A stretch of DNA of 63,331 nucleotides, counting the filler, from Trichomonas gallinae (taxonomy: Eukaryota): the NCBI GenBank assembly GCA_008369845.1. It is 7 parts of 7 records of this genome, joined end to end, with 100 filler letters (N's around TTAATTAATTAA, not from the genome) between each part and the next. Parts side by side here need not be neighbours in the genome. Positions count along the whole stretch, not along the records: positions 34,658 to 62,228 come from MRSU01001221.1; 6 more parts are not named here. One strand, written 5' to 3'. The notes under the pieces were generated by a model. The model was not told where the DNA came from, did not search any database, and worked only from the letters and a program-made list of their open reading frames with translations. The translations under genes were made by a program, and so were the position numbers. This document shows, in pieces, positions 41,629-54,026 of the stretch (position 1 is its first letter; each line of letters starts with the position of its first letter).

Positions 41629-44214
41629 CTAAATGATTTGAACATCTGCACCACTTAATAGCGTATCACTCATAAATCTATTAATTTCTACTTTCTTTTT
41701 GTGATGTATTATAAAGAAAACAGAAATAACTAATATTATAAACACAGCTGAAATACTTCCTGTAGCGATAATAACCAAATGCTTCTTGGTAGAAGATGAG
41801 TTGTCTTCTTGCTTTCTTTTAACAATAGAGAAACATGTTTGGTTGTTTTCTGTTGACGACTCGATGTCAAAAAACCGAGTTGTTCCGTTAAAGAACCAAT
41901 GAGAACTGATAAATTCAAAAGATAATGATGATAAGTTTCCGTGAAATTCTTTTGCACAAAGAAAATCAACTTTGAAGCCATGCCATTCATCATCATAGAA
42001 AATCTGATTACTTTCTTCTAAATTGTAAAGTCTTATATGCAAATTTTGGTATGTTCTGTCATTCTCGTTATGCTTCATTGTGAGATTATCTGTGTAAACA
42101 TATCCACATTCATACACTGAATAATGAATATCAATAAACTGTACATCCTTGATATAATCAAACATGCACAATGATTTTGGTGCAACACTTAAAATGTTGC
42201 AATGTATACCTTGGAAAACTCTTGGTGAATATGTTGAAACGTTCAAAATCTCTGGATGAAATATAATGTTTTCATAATTGTTATATGAAGTATTAATTAA
42301 AACTAAATTCTTAATATGATAATGCTGCGTATTTTTTGATGAAATTTTTCCATTTGAAAATATATTCAAAGACGTGTCAGGTCCAAAAACATTGTCGCCG
42401 TCAAAAAATGTCAAGTTTTTCCTTACAGTTATATCTTTCATTGGTTCTAATAGTTTAAATCTGGCGTTTCCTAACTGATGGTCAAATTTATTAATAAATG
42501 TATGAGCATTGATGAAGAAATTTCCAAAATATTCGATTGAAGAAATATCTGTCAAATAATGTTCGATGCTTGCATTTTTGCAATAAAATCTGATCGATTT
42601 GCTATTTTCAATCGAAAATTTAATGTTGTGTGAAACAATTACAGTATCATTGATTAGTATATTGCCAGTAATAACAGAAATCCTTGATGTATTACAGTGT
42701 ATTTTTGGATAATTTATTGGAGAAAGATATATTGCAATAAAATCTGATGATGAATAAAAATCTTCATTAAGAATTGTACAGTTGATTCTTAATTTATTAC
42801 ATATAATACTAGTATTGTGCAGATCCAAGTGAGCGAGATTTACATCAACATCTTGATTTTTGATGTTTAGATTATTTATTTTTTGATATTTTCCATTTGG
42901 CCCGATTATACTGATTTTAGATAAAACTTCTGTCAAACAAGATAAATCTATTGGTTCTTCATATAGATGTGGAATATTTATGTTAAACAATAAAACTCTT
43001 TCTGGTAGATATGAAATGATGTTGCTGAGATTTTGCCTGTTAATGTATTTGTGAAATTGTTCATCAATTTTATCTTTGTCTTCTGTGATTGTTAACGTGA
43101 ATTCATAATATGCGTAGTAATTATTATAGTCTATATATAGAGAAATTTCGTTTTCTTCTTTGTTTTCCAATATTTGAACTGAATATTTAAATTTATTGAT
43201 AAATTCCCAATCTGAAGATTCTGGTATCGAATATTCATTACATTTGAATATTTTGATAGCTGAAATATTCAAAATATCGAAATATATACGAGATTTTGAA
43301 ATTTGAATATTATTTGCAATGATAGAATAGTTATTGTTTTGAACCAAATGAATATAAAAGAAATCAGTTGTTAATGAATCGCAAATGATTTGAGCTGATT
43401 GATATATTTGTGTATTTGCGATTTTAATTTTCGAATTTCCAAAATCAAGGATTCCGTGTACTTTAATAGTTTGTATTGTGATGTCTGTATCATGGGCTTC
43501 GAATTTCGTATAATTGTTTTCACTTAGAATATTATCAAATAAAATTGATGTTTTATCATAGTTAGTTTTGATTATCACATTTGAAGATGTCGTGAATTTG
43601 TTTGGAAAATACACTTTCTTCTCAAATAGATAGATATACGTTGAATATTCTCCATTTGAATATAAATAAAACGGGAAAATCGCCGAAAACAGTCTAAAGA
43701 AGATTGTATTGTACTGATATATATTGATATTCGAAATAACTTGTGGCCATGTTGATTTGGCAACTCTAAGTATTGCTGAATCGTAGAAATAAAGATTAAT
43801 TTGTGTTTGGTATACTAAACTTGATGCGAATTTATTGTACATTGTCATTTTAGAGCTGTTAGCAACGTTGATATGGATAATTGTCTTGAAATTTGGCTTT
43901 ATTTTAAAACCTGATTGATGAGTGTTAATAATGGAACGGAAGATATTAATGTTTTGTCCGATGAGTGATATAGATATGTATTCAGGAGTATTAATAACAG
44001 TGATATTTGCATCAACTTCAGATATATCGATATATTTTATTTCATTTTCGTGAATAGTGTTGAAATCAAGCGTCAATTCTTTGATATTAGTCAATTCTGA
44101 AATGCGGGTGTCTTGGTTATTGATGAGTTGACTGATACAAATGAGATTCAACAAAAATTCAATCAATTGATAAAATAAATGGGAAATTTTTATTCTGAAA
44201 TATTTAAAACTCAT
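41629..44214 (-). CDS. Large type I membrane protein (tandem paralog A)
   Basis: Ile/Asn-rich ectodomain, juxtamembrane FISSHWFFNGTTRFFDIE..NNQTCFSIVKRK, TM helix and short tail. Confidence 0.8.
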   Translation of the reverse strand: MSFKYFRIKISHLFYQLIEFLLNLICISQLINNQDTRISELTNIKELTLDFNTIHENEIKYIDISEVDANITVINTPEYISISLIGQNINIFRSIINTHQSGFKIKPNFKTIIHINVANSSKMTMYNKFASSLVYQTQINLYFYDSAILRVAKSTWPQVISNINIYQYNTIFFRLFSAIFPFYLYSNGEYSTYIYLFEKKVYFPNKFTTSSNVIIKTNYDKTSILFDNILSENNYTKFEAHDTDITIQTIKVHGILDFGNSKIKIANTQIYQSAQIICDSLTTDFFYIHLVQNNNYSIIANNIQISKSRIYFDILNISAIKIFKCNEYSIPESSDWEFINKFKYSVQILENKEENEISLYIDYNNYYAYYEFTLTITEDKDKIDEQFHKYINRQNLSNIISYLPERVLLFNINIPHLYEEPIDLSCLTEVLSKISIIGPNGKYQKINNLNIKNQDVDVNLAHLDLHNTSIICNKLRINCTILNEDFYSSSDFIAIYLSPINYPKIHCNTSRISVITGNILINDTVIVSHNIKFSIENSKSIRFYCKNASIEHYLTDISSIEYFGNFFINAHTFINKFDHQLGNARFKLLEPMKDITVRKNLTFFDGDNVFGPDTSLNIFSNGKISSKNTQHYHIKNLVLINTSYNNYENIIFHPEILNVSTYSPRVFQGIHCNILSVAPKSLCMFDYIKDVQFIDIHYSVYECGYVYTDNLTMKHNENDRTYQNLHIRLYNLEESNQIFYDDEWHGFKVDFLCAKEFHGNLSSLSFEFISSHWFFNGTTRFFDIESSTENNQTCFSIVKRKQEDNSSSTKKHLVIIATGSISAVFIILVISVFFIIHHKKKVEINRFMSDTLLSGADVQII

Positions 44215-45127
44215 AGATTTTTAATCTGTAATAATGATTTTTACCTGAAAAAGTGGAAATCCGTCTGAAATTTATTTTGCTGTATTTCGTTTATTTATAT
44301 AGTTATAATCATATTTTTTGAATACGATAATTTTGACCTGAATATTGAATGATTATATTTCGTTATTTTTAAATTATTCTCAGATGTGTATTGAGTCCAA
44401 ATAATGATCGTTTTGTAAACTTATCAAAAAATAATGATCTCCTTTTCGTATTTTGTAACGTTGGAATATTATTGTTTAGATTTAACAGCTATTAAAAACA
44501 TGCTTTTTTTAATTATTTATTAACTTATAACGATTTGTCATGTAAAACGTAAATTGACAAAAAAAAATCATATATAATAGAGTTTTGCTATAAAATTTGT
44601 GTGAAAATAAAGTTTGGGGATTTCAGGAGTATCTTCTGTAATTGCATCCTTATATAGTATCATGAGAATTTTTTCTTATTGATCATTTTTTGATGCATTC
44701 ACTAGAGAAGTATCATAATTATCTCAGACATTATTATTAATATAATTGCTTATTTTAAACTCATCAGAGTATTCAATAGGAGAGTTGCTAAAGAAATTTT
44801 TTTTAGGCAAAACCATACAATATCGAAAATATTAAATTAAAATGTAGAATGAGCTAATTCATTGCTGATCAACCATTCACTAAGATGAGAAGTGGTGGTT
44901 TCGCTTTGATGCTAATTGTGATTAGACATCTTTGCATTCTTTAATTTGTTTTAATAAATATCAACATCGCTTTAGCTAAGCATGTACATTTTATTTTCGA
45001 TCTTCCAGAGTCCAAATTATCTTCCAAGGTTGCATCCCTAAATAAAATATATATTGCAGCATATTTAATATATAATATACAAAATTGTATACAAATATAT
45101 TTATTTAAATAAAAACATAATATAAAG

Positions 45128-47659
45128 TTAGATGAGTTCGACAGATATAGTATCTGTGCTGATAAATCTATTGACTGCCTTCTTTCGTTTGTAACGAACG
45201 CACAAAGATGTTGTAAATATAGTTAATACCAAAACGCCAGCACCAGCAATGGAAGCATATATAATATATTCTCTTGATTTTGGCATAACGACATCAAAAC
45301 CATTCTCAGGTTTTCTTTTGACGATAGATAAACATGTTTCATTATTCGTGAAAGTCCTTTCAATATCGAAGAATCTCGTGCTTCCATTGAAATTCCAATG
45401 CTCACTTATGAAATCAAAAGTTATGTTTTCAAAGTCAGCATTGAACTCTTTCGCGCAAAGAATTTCAACACTAAAATTTTCCCAATCTCCATCATAAAAG
45501 AACTGATCTTTTATTGCGTTGTTGAACATGATAATATGCAGGCCACCATATTTGTTGGTGATTGGATTGAATTTAGTTGAAAAGTTGTCTATATGTATAA
45601 ATCCAATAGCATCAATACTATAATAAAGAGTTAATTCTTCAACATTATCTAGATAAAGAAAATCGCTGCTTGACTCAGGCATAATTTCTACTTTTCTGCA
45701 AGAATATTTTTGCTCGCCTGGAAATCTTAAGCTTTTGATTGTCAATATTTCAGGAATCAATGTAATATTGCTGCCTCTATATGCATATTCATTGAGAATA
45801 ACTTGCTTGACGTGATAAGTAATGTTTTTGTCAAAATAAATTTCTCCTAAGTACATCAGCTCAATGGTTGAATTTTCGTGAAAGACTGGATTGTTATTTC
45901 CTATCAATAATATTGATCCCAACTCCAAGTGAACAATTGGTGATGATGGAATGAAATAAAACTTGCCGCTTTCTGATTTTAAGTATCTTAATTCTTTATG
46001 CGAATTTAGTATAAAACTTCCTTTGAATTTGATACCCGACAAAGAATTAACATAAGAATTGATTGTTGAATTCATAAACTCAAACTCGTAATTTAGAAAA
46101 GAATAAGGTCTAATTATCATGTCACCAATTATAAATCCAGTTGTATTAAAAATTACATCTTCGGTAATATTACTGTATGTCAATGTTTTTCCTTTAATTT
46201 TTCCATCCAATGATGTGTTTACTGCGATGAAATTGTCTACTTCTATGTTCACACTCTTTTTAATTTGTGATGACGTGCTATATATTGTTAATGACTTAAT
46301 TTGCGAATTTGATATTTCAATATTGGTAAAATATATAATTTCTACTTTCTTAATATTATTTATCGATATTTTCTGTATATCTTTTGGTCCTGTTACATAT
46401 AATGTTTGCACTTCAAAATCGAAATTTCCAAAATTTATTATTGTATCATATTTTTCTTTAATCTCGATGGTTAATGTAATTAACTTGCTTGGTATTAAAC
46501 TTGATATGTTAGAAGCACCATCAACTGTAATATATATAACTGATTCATTCTGAGTTGATTCATTTTTACTAATTTCGATGATATAATTATTATAAAAAAT
46601 ATCTTTGCGTGTATCTATGTTGAGTTTAATGATTTTTGAATCTATATCATGAATTATTTTTGAATCATATATATGTGTTGTGCTATGAATTGTTACAAAC
46701 TGCTGTATATCATCAAATCGAGTTTCATTCTTGTATTTTATTAAATTATAGCTGGATTGTATTGGTAAATCTATCTGCAAACTGAACTTTTGTTCAATTA
46801 ATTTGAAATTTGTACATTTTACCAAATAATCCAAATCTGGATTCAATATTGCTTGTATCTCTGACACTTCTAAGTTTTCTGCTAAAACTTGGCTTGTGTT
46901 TAGAGTATTAAGCAATTTAATTTTTAAATTTTCGCCAATGAATTGAATAAGTTTCGTGCAAAAGAAATGATCGAGCTGTAAGTCAATATTTTGAAAATTA
47001 AATACTGAAAAGTCGTATGTATTATATATATAATTGAAATGTAAATTTGATAGTGAATGCATTAAGTTAATGAATGTAATATTTGGTGGAATCATGAATG
47101 CTCGAGGGAAATATGTATTTTTGTAATAAAGATACATCGATACTACAGATTTTTCATTTCTGAATTTAAATTCTGCAGGAAAAATTGATGATTGCAAGTG
47201 TATATTTAGGTCATTAAATGCTATTACTTCCATTTTATAATCGTCACGTAACCAAGAAGAGTTAGCGAACAAAATTGTCGTTTTTTGATAAAGATTTAAT
47301 ATTAATAATGTCTTGCAAACGAGATTCGCTGGAAATTTATTGTAAATAGTTAGATTTGCTTCTTCATTTACAATTATTTCGACTTTTGTACATAATTTTG
47401 GTAATAAACTTATTCCGTATATTGATTTTTCGATATTTTTTGATAATATATTGATGTAATGGCCAACCAATGTTATACTTGTTGCATCAGGCACCCCGTA
47501 AACTTGTACTGTCCTTCTTTCCAAATTTTCATCAATCTTTTTGATTTCAGTTCTCTTTAATTCATCAAAAAAGATCGATATCTTGTCCTCTGCATCATGT
47601 TTGTTCGTTTCTTTAAGATCTGCATTGAACAAAATCGAAATAATAATAAACAAAAGCAT
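45128..47659 (-). CDS. Large type I membrane protein (tandem paralog B)
   Basis: Signal-like MLLFIIISILF. FISEHWNFNGSTRFFDIE..NNETCLSIVKRK. Colinear with 41629-44214 (YNKFPANLV versus YNKFASSLV). Confidence 0.82.
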   Translation of the reverse strand: MLLFIIISILFNADLKETNKHDAEDKISIFFDELKRTEIKKIDENLERRTVQVYGVPDATSITLVGHYINILSKNIEKSIYGISLLPKLCTKVEIIVNEEANLTIYNKFPANLVCKTLLILNLYQKTTILFANSSWLRDDYKMEVIAFNDLNIHLQSSIFPAEFKFRNEKSVVSMYLYYKNTYFPRAFMIPPNITFINLMHSLSNLHFNYIYNTYDFSVFNFQNIDLQLDHFFCTKLIQFIGENLKIKLLNTLNTSQVLAENLEVSEIQAILNPDLDYLVKCTNFKLIEQKFSLQIDLPIQSSYNLIKYKNETRFDDIQQFVTIHSTTHIYDSKIIHDIDSKIIKLNIDTRKDIFYNNYIIEISKNESTQNESVIYITVDGASNISSLIPSKLITLTIEIKEKYDTIINFGNFDFEVQTLYVTGPKDIQKISINNIKKVEIIYFTNIEISNSQIKSLTIYSTSSQIKKSVNIEVDNFIAVNTSLDGKIKGKTLTYSNITEDVIFNTTGFIIGDMIIRPYSFLNYEFEFMNSTINSYVNSLSGIKFKGSFILNSHKELRYLKSESGKFYFIPSSPIVHLELGSILLIGNNNPVFHENSTIELMYLGEIYFDKNITYHVKQVILNEYAYRGSNITLIPEILTIKSLRFPGEQKYSCRKVEIMPESSSDFLYLDNVEELTLYYSIDAIGFIHIDNFSTKFNPITNKYGGLHIIMFNNAIKDQFFYDGDWENFSVEILCAKEFNADFENITFDFISEHWNFNGSTRFFDIERTFTNNETCLSIVKRKPENGFDVVMPKSREYIIYASIAGAGVLVLTIFTTSLCVRYKRKKAVNRFISTDTISVELI

Positions 47660-47837
47660 TTTTTGATAATTACTTTTGTTGTAAAATTTTAAGAGATTTC
47701 AAATTATTCTCTATGTATCTAAAGCTTGGAAAATGTATAAAATTGTTAACAAAGTCGATTAAAATAAATTCAATTTTAGGTGGATATAATTTTCTGAATA
47801 TCTGTCAACTTTACGAAACCGTTCTTGAAAATTGATA

Positions 47838-48006
47838 TTTTACGGGTGTGGAAGCAATCCTTAACCATTTTGATTTTTGAAAATATTCAAACTTTGAATA
47901 ACAATTAATCGTATTCTCAGAAAATTTAAAATTTGTGAAGTTTTTACGGGCGCAAAAGCGCACGATTTCTGAAAATTTTCAAATTTGAATTGATAATAAT
48001 CGTATG
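47838..48006 (+). repeat. Two-unit TTTTACGGG(C/T)G...AATAATCGTA element, copy 2
   Basis: Matches 38407-38655. Confidence 0.7.
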
Positions 48007-48952
48007 TCACATAATTATTCTTATAACTCAATACTTGTCCAGACAAGTTGTTCGCGTTTAATAGACATGATATAGGTTATTTCCTCAATAGCTTTAACTT
48101 AATAGTTTTAAATTCGATTTGATTTTCTTAGACAAAACAATCAAAAATTGCCAAATTAAAATAGGCTATAATCAGTACCACATAGAAATGATATATCCAT
48201 AATGTTTTGCTTCAAATAAAGATTTTACATCAATTATTTCCGATTGATGAATTTCATCAAAAATCTAATCAGTAGCTGCTTCAATATTGCAAACACTAGA
48301 GTTTTGCCTAATTACTCATTTCCTAGCTGTATAATTTCGATATCAAAAATAAAAAATATATTTGCATATATTTTGCCAGCGTATTCATTAAACTATGGAT
48401 AATTGTATGCATATGACAACAATATTAGGAGTCCAATGACCATTTTATATAATTTGAAATATCATAGATTATTTTAAGCATGATTTTCTTTGCTTTAGCT
48501 AAGTATACACTTTGTGCTAGGCTCTATAATATGGCAGATATAGTTGATACATAACTTTGTCGTTGAAGGACTTTCCAGCATCAGAGTTCATTTGATATAT
48601 CATTAATGATTCTGATCGACAAATATTGTGTCATTTCTGATTGCACTTAAGAGGTGATTTAATTCCATTAAAATAACTGGCTTAACATCATTTAAACTCG
48701 TTTTAGAATAAATTTCCTAAGATCAAAAACTGTATTATTTGTTACAGCAGCAAAATCGTTCCTGGTGCGGTTGTCTTTCAGTTTTGACTAAATTTTAAAA
48801 ATATCAAATTTAAAAAACTAGGACTATTCCGGAATGGATGTTCTAAAGCATATATGTATGCCAATTGCTATATCATCACATTTTTATCCAAAAACGAAAC
48901 CAAAGATCAGAAATCCGCGTAAAACATTTTGACACTTTTTTATAAGATTTTG

Positions 48953-49423
48953 ATGAGTTCTGCAGCCAAATTCTATCATCCAATATCGAAGGCGACTGTC
49001 CTTAATGCAAAGCGTAAGTCGCGTGAAGCATCAATGTTTCGGAACGATTTGAGAAATATTCTCGATGAGACCAACTTTGAAATTGAGTATAATGTTCATA
49101 ATAGCGCATATACACCAAATTGGTCCAAATCTAAGACAAGCAAAACAAAAATTACAGTTGAATTCCCAGAAGATGAAAAAGATAGATATCAATTCATGTA
49201 TAAGAATGCAAAACAATTTACGAGAATAGCACAAAAGAGTTGTGCATTGGAACTAGATAGTACTAAAGCATTTAAAATACCTATTTCTAAAAATCTTGGT
49301 TTATTTCAAGATTCAGTAATCGTGGATAATACTTTGAAATCATTTAGTAATAAATATATCGAAAACTTGAATCAAATTTCATCCAATATCGAAATTAATG
49401 ATATTGAAAAATTAATATTATGA
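48953..49423 (+). CDS. Hypothetical protein
   Basis: 156-aa ORF from the first ATG (MSSAAKF). No recognised motif. Confidence 0.6.
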   Translation: MSSAAKFYHPISKATVLNAKRKSREASMFRNDLRNILDETNFEIEYNVHNSAYTPNWSKSKTSKTKITVEFPEDEKDRYQFMYKNAKQFTRIAQKSCALELDSTKAFKIPISKNLGLFQDSVIVDNTLKSFSNKYIENLNQISSNIEINDIEKLIL

Positions 49424-49859
49424 TAAAAATGAGCCATTACCGTCATCACCAAGAATGTGTAATGTTTCTAATTAGTTATATATACTATTAATGTTATATT
49501 GTTAAGGAAATAAATTTGTTTGTAATTTTTAGTGAACCAAAGTAATCTAATCATTTGATTTTAAGTAATATGATTTATATCGATTTCTCACTTATTATAT
49601 GTATCATTAATTGAAATAAAATTGAATTATCAATTTGATGGAAATAAAAATGTATCTAATTTTTTCGAATTGAAACCAAAAATACCTATGATTGTATAGC
49701 TATGGTTGAAATCATGATTTAAAGAACTGGTTTGTTTTAAAATTTGACATGTAATTTAAAGAAAAGTGTCAGATTGAAAATTAGAAAATGAACTTTTATA
49801 CTATATGGTTTTTTACCGCATCATAGGTTTTTTGGAGTATCTGTATATTTTTTAAGAAT

Positions 49860-50090
49860 GAAAAATACGAAACAAGGATTATTGGTAAAATGGATCGTTT
49901 TCATGTAAATTGCAATAAACGAGAACAACATATTGTAATCATATATAAGTTCATAAAATCTATCTGATTTAGATATATTTCGTTTTGATTCTTATAATAT
50001 AGAGTATTTTGAATTATTCCTAATTTCTAGATCTTCTTCTTGACTACTGAGCACAACTGATTTTGATCCATTGTGGTAGAATATCTTCAA
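49860..50090 (-). pseudogene. Decayed paralog of the 37159-37812 family
   Basis: LKIFYHNGSKSVVLSSQEEDLEIRNNSKYSIL*ESKRNISKSDRFYELIYD aligns with LKIFEHQLKNIVYFKNFKEVLDCQNHPTKYSII..GPYGFIYE. Confidence 0.65.
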
Positions 50091-50684
50091 AAAAACACTG
50101 GCATTTAGAGTTTGATCTGTTGGAGATATCTCTAAATTTCAATGATAAGTGAAAATAACCTTAAAATACTCGGCCAATAATAGCTTCATTATCTGGCTAT
50201 ATGAAGAGAACTGTGCTTCAACACCTTAGATAAAGATGTGTATCTATAAGAATATTATATATAAATCTATGGCATTTTGACTACAACCTTCTATCTTTCT
50301 TGTTATGAAGCAGTTAGTAGCTTTGTGAATTTCTTGATTAAAAATAATAACAAATATGATTTGTTTGAATAATATGATCCTGTATTACAAATAAAACATA
50401 TTCTCTAGTTAAATTAAGACATTATTTTGGTTCCTTGATTAAAACATATTCAATAACAATATTTTTAGCCGATATAACATAATTTGGTGATAGTATTATC
50501 ATTAATGTGCTATAAATATTGTATTTGATATGCATAGAAGACATGAAATGTAGAATAAAATTTTGAACAATTTTTTTCTACGTCGAATCCCATATCATCC
50601 AACGTAAAATTTATGTGTTCTTAAATGAAGTCTTCAAAAATGCGAAGAATTAAAAGACCTAATTCAACACAAAAAAAATTATAA

Positions 50685-51626
50685 ATGTCAAAGGTAGAAA
50701 CACTCGCTACGAGTGTACTCTACCAACTGTCGAAACTGAAGAATGGGGAACACATATCTATTCCTGGCAATGATATTATATCGATTTGCAAGGAAGTCAA
50801 GAAAGTTTTAATCAGTCAGCCAGTTCTTTTAAATTTAGAGTCGCCAATCACTGTATTTGGGGACTTGCATGGTCAGTATTTCGATATGCAAGCATTTTTA
50901 CTGAAATCTGGACAACCCCCGGAAAAACAAATTTTATTTTTAGGCGATTATGTTGACAGAGGAAAACATTCAATAGAAATACTTCTTACGTTATTTTGCT
51001 TCAAAATAAAGTATCCTGAGAGAATTTGGGCTTTAAGAGGAAATCATGAATGCAAAGAAATTTCAAAACTTTACGGATTCCAAGAAGAGTGCATATCAAA
51101 GTATAGTGAGTCCATGTGGGATACATTTAATGATGTTTTCGATTACTTTCCAATTGCTGCAATTATTGGTGGAAAAATCTTTTGCGTGCATGGAGGACTT
51201 TCACCGCAATTATCAGAGCTTTCGCAGATAGCAGCAATGCAGAGACCCATTCAAATCCCAGAAAGAGGATTAATCGTCGATCTATTATGGTCAGATCCAT
51301 CTCCATCGCATGATGGCTGGCATGAAAGTGACAGAGGTACTTCTTTCACGTTTGGGCCGGATGTTGTTGATGCATTCCTCGCCAAAAACAATTTCGATTT
51401 AATCTGCAGAGCGCATCAAGTTACAGCCAAAGGATATGAATTTCCATTTTTCCCTAACAAAAGTACAGTAACAGTTTTTAGTGCTCCCTGCTATTGCAAC
51501 GAATATAATAATTGCGGAGCGTTTATGAATGTTGCAAAAGATTTAAGATGTAGCTTTTCTGTTACTGAACCAAATCCACCTCCAGGTAAGATACTACTTT
51601 GTGTGCCTGAATATAGAGATTTCTGA
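50685..51626 (+). CDS. PP1-like Ser/Thr protein phosphatase (PPP family)
   Basis: GDLHGQ, GDYVDRG, LRGNHE, HGGLSP, DLLWSDP, CRAHQV, FSAPCYC. Confidence 0.96.
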   Translation: MSKVETLATSVLYQLSKLKNGEHISIPGNDIISICKEVKKVLISQPVLLNLESPITVFGDLHGQYFDMQAFLLKSGQPPEKQILFLGDYVDRGKHSIEILLTLFCFKIKYPERIWALRGNHECKEISKLYGFQEECISKYSESMWDTFNDVFDYFPIAAIIGGKIFCVHGGLSPQLSELSQIAAMQRPIQIPERGLIVDLLWSDPSPSHDGWHESDRGTSFTFGPDVVDAFLAKNNFDLICRAHQVTAKGYEFPFFPNKSTVTVFSAPCYCNEYNNCGAFMNVAKDLRCSFSVTEPNPPPGKILLCVPEYRDF

Positions 51627-52686
51627 TTTTATTGTTTTTGTTTAAAATAGAATTGAATTTTATTGATATCCACTGATCTTAATATATTTTCATCGTATTT
51701 TAGATGATTGATACGATAATAGATTGATTTTAAATTTAATAAGTATATTTCGGAGATTAGTTGAGATATTCATTTGTTCTATAGCATGATAACTACGAAT
51801 TTATGTTTCCCGTAGTGTTAGGTGTCATTTTGAAAAAAAAAAAAAAAAAAATACAGGCTCTCTGATCAGCTGAAACTAGATTATATATCAGGAGCTATAG
51901 ATTGTTTAATTTGCTTTGATCGTAATTGAGTTTTAGCTATTGAAAAATTTTATTGTTTAAAAAATGATTTCTAAAAATCATACAAATGAACTATCATCAG
52001 AATTAAATGCGGTAAGAATTAAAAATATCTGAATTTTTTATTATTCAAAAATAATTCAACGTAAATTACGGGTTATCAAAAGAATTTGGTTTTTCGATAT
52101 GAATTGGAAACATGAAACGATTTCGAAGATAAAAATAAAAATCAATAAGTAATTGAAATTTTGAAGCAAGTTAACGGTCATGCAATAATAATGTTAAAAA
52201 ATGAACCTAATAGTTAAAGTGAATCTATCGAAGTAATAACTAAATTTATACTGATTTCACAAAGTTTATATTATCAAAAGATTATAGGAAGTAAGCTTGA
52301 CCAACTTAGCAAAAATAATTGGTTATTTTTGAATGAAAAGTTTGAAAAAAATTTAAATTGGGTTAAAATGAATTCAATACTATCTAACATTCTAAGGGCG
52401 CATATATTAATGATCCAAGGAAGAAACTTATAATTGCGCGAGTAGCGATTTTTGAGCGCCACATGTAAAAATTATTTCTGAAAAAAATTGACTGCTAAAA
52501 TTTACGCAATTCAGAACTTTGAATTCGCCCTTTTGTAATTTTGCTTTGTTAACATATCTGAGTGTTTCATCATTAATATAGAATTGTATACAATCCTTTC
52601 AAAAGTGTTTTGAATGGATTTTATTGGTCCCATAATTATTTTGCTATAGCTATTTTCCTGCATTTTAACAAATTAAATATTTTTCA

Positions 52687-53658
52687 ATGATCTTTGAATT
52701 TAAAATGCAAGATATAGATATTCCTGAACGTGCTGGTAAGTATAGAATTGTGCGAATAATTAGTTCTGGAAGTTACTCGACTATTGCTGTAGGCATTGAT
52801 GAGAAAGATAATGATGTTGTCGCTATCAAATTCATCGACAGAAAGAAGGCAGAAGAATTAGATGTCATGAAGTACATCGATATCGAACTTAGACTCCTTG
52901 AGCGATTAGACCACCCAAGTTTCGCTAAAGTCTATGATATAAAATATACAACAGAATTCATTATGATTTTCATGGAATATCTTCCTAATGGCAATGTGTT
53001 GGAGTTCATTCAGAATAGAATCCATTTCTCACAGAAAGAAAGATTAGAAATGTGCATTAAGATCCTTGAAGGAATTAATTATTTGCACGAACATGGTGTA
53101 GCCCATCGTGACATTAAACCAGAGAATATTTGCTTTGATGCATGGAACAATCCAAAAATTATCGATTTTGGCCTTTCTATCGAAAATTTTAATCAGTCAG
53201 AGACATACTGCGGCACGATTATCTACATGGCTCCCGAAGTTGTTGAAGGCAATAACTATGATGCTACGAAAGTTGACATCTGGGCGTTCGGAATCACAGC
53301 ACATATCTTGATTTCCCATGAATATCCATTTGAGATTACAAGCGATGTCAAACATGTTAGAAACTTGAAGACAAGGAGTTTGAAGTTGATGAACGTCATT
53401 TCAGGTAATTTGGGAGCATTAATCAATAAATGTCTTCAATTTGACCCTGAATTGCGTCCAACAGCAAAGGATTTACTTACACAGATGCGTGCAATATATA
53501 ACTTACTGTTCCCGATGTCTGTATCACAGAAGGTTAAGTTTATTGCTAAATCGAGCAACAAAATCATTACGCCGAGCCATACAAAAAGGAACATGTCTAT
53601 TATGACATCAGGAAACTTATTCCTTAACTACAGACTGAGAAGAGTCATTAGTTTTTGA
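52687..53658 (+). CDS. CAMK-type Ser/Thr protein kinase
   Basis: VAIK, HRDIKPEN, DFG, CGT..YMAPE, DIWAFG. The start could be the second Met at 52705. Confidence 0.95.
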   Translation: MIFEFKMQDIDIPERAGKYRIVRIISSGSYSTIAVGIDEKDNDVVAIKFIDRKKAEELDVMKYIDIELRLLERLDHPSFAKVYDIKYTTEFIMIFMEYLPNGNVLEFIQNRIHFSQKERLEMCIKILEGINYLHEHGVAHRDIKPENICFDAWNNPKIIDFGLSIENFNQSETYCGTIIYMAPEVVEGNNYDATKVDIWAFGITAHILISHEYPFEITSDVKHVRNLKTRSLKLMNVISGNLGALINKCLQFDPELRPTAKDLLTQMRAIYNLLFPMSVSQKVKFIAKSSNKIITPSHTKRNMSIMTSGNLFLNYRLRRVISF

Positions 53659-54026
53659 TCTTGTTTTCGAATTAATAATAAATATGTTATTAACCATGAA
53701 TTTCGTTAACTATCTACCTTCTTACTACTGCGGAATGACAATCAATACAAGATATCATATCTAATTTGATCGGGAAATAAGATTAACATGATGAGCAAGG
53801 TTACGTATGTTTTCTGTGCAGCTCCTGCAAAATGAGCAATTGGCGGCCTATAGAGTCTTTCATCATTTAGAAAAAATATCTTGTGAATTAATTATGCAAG
53901 TATATACATAATTATTGTGATAATTATACTCTTCTACTGATATATATGATAAATTAATAGTCAATAATGGATAAATAGCAATAATCGAGTTTGTCAAATA
54001 AAATTAACTCTAAATGTCCTGAAACA

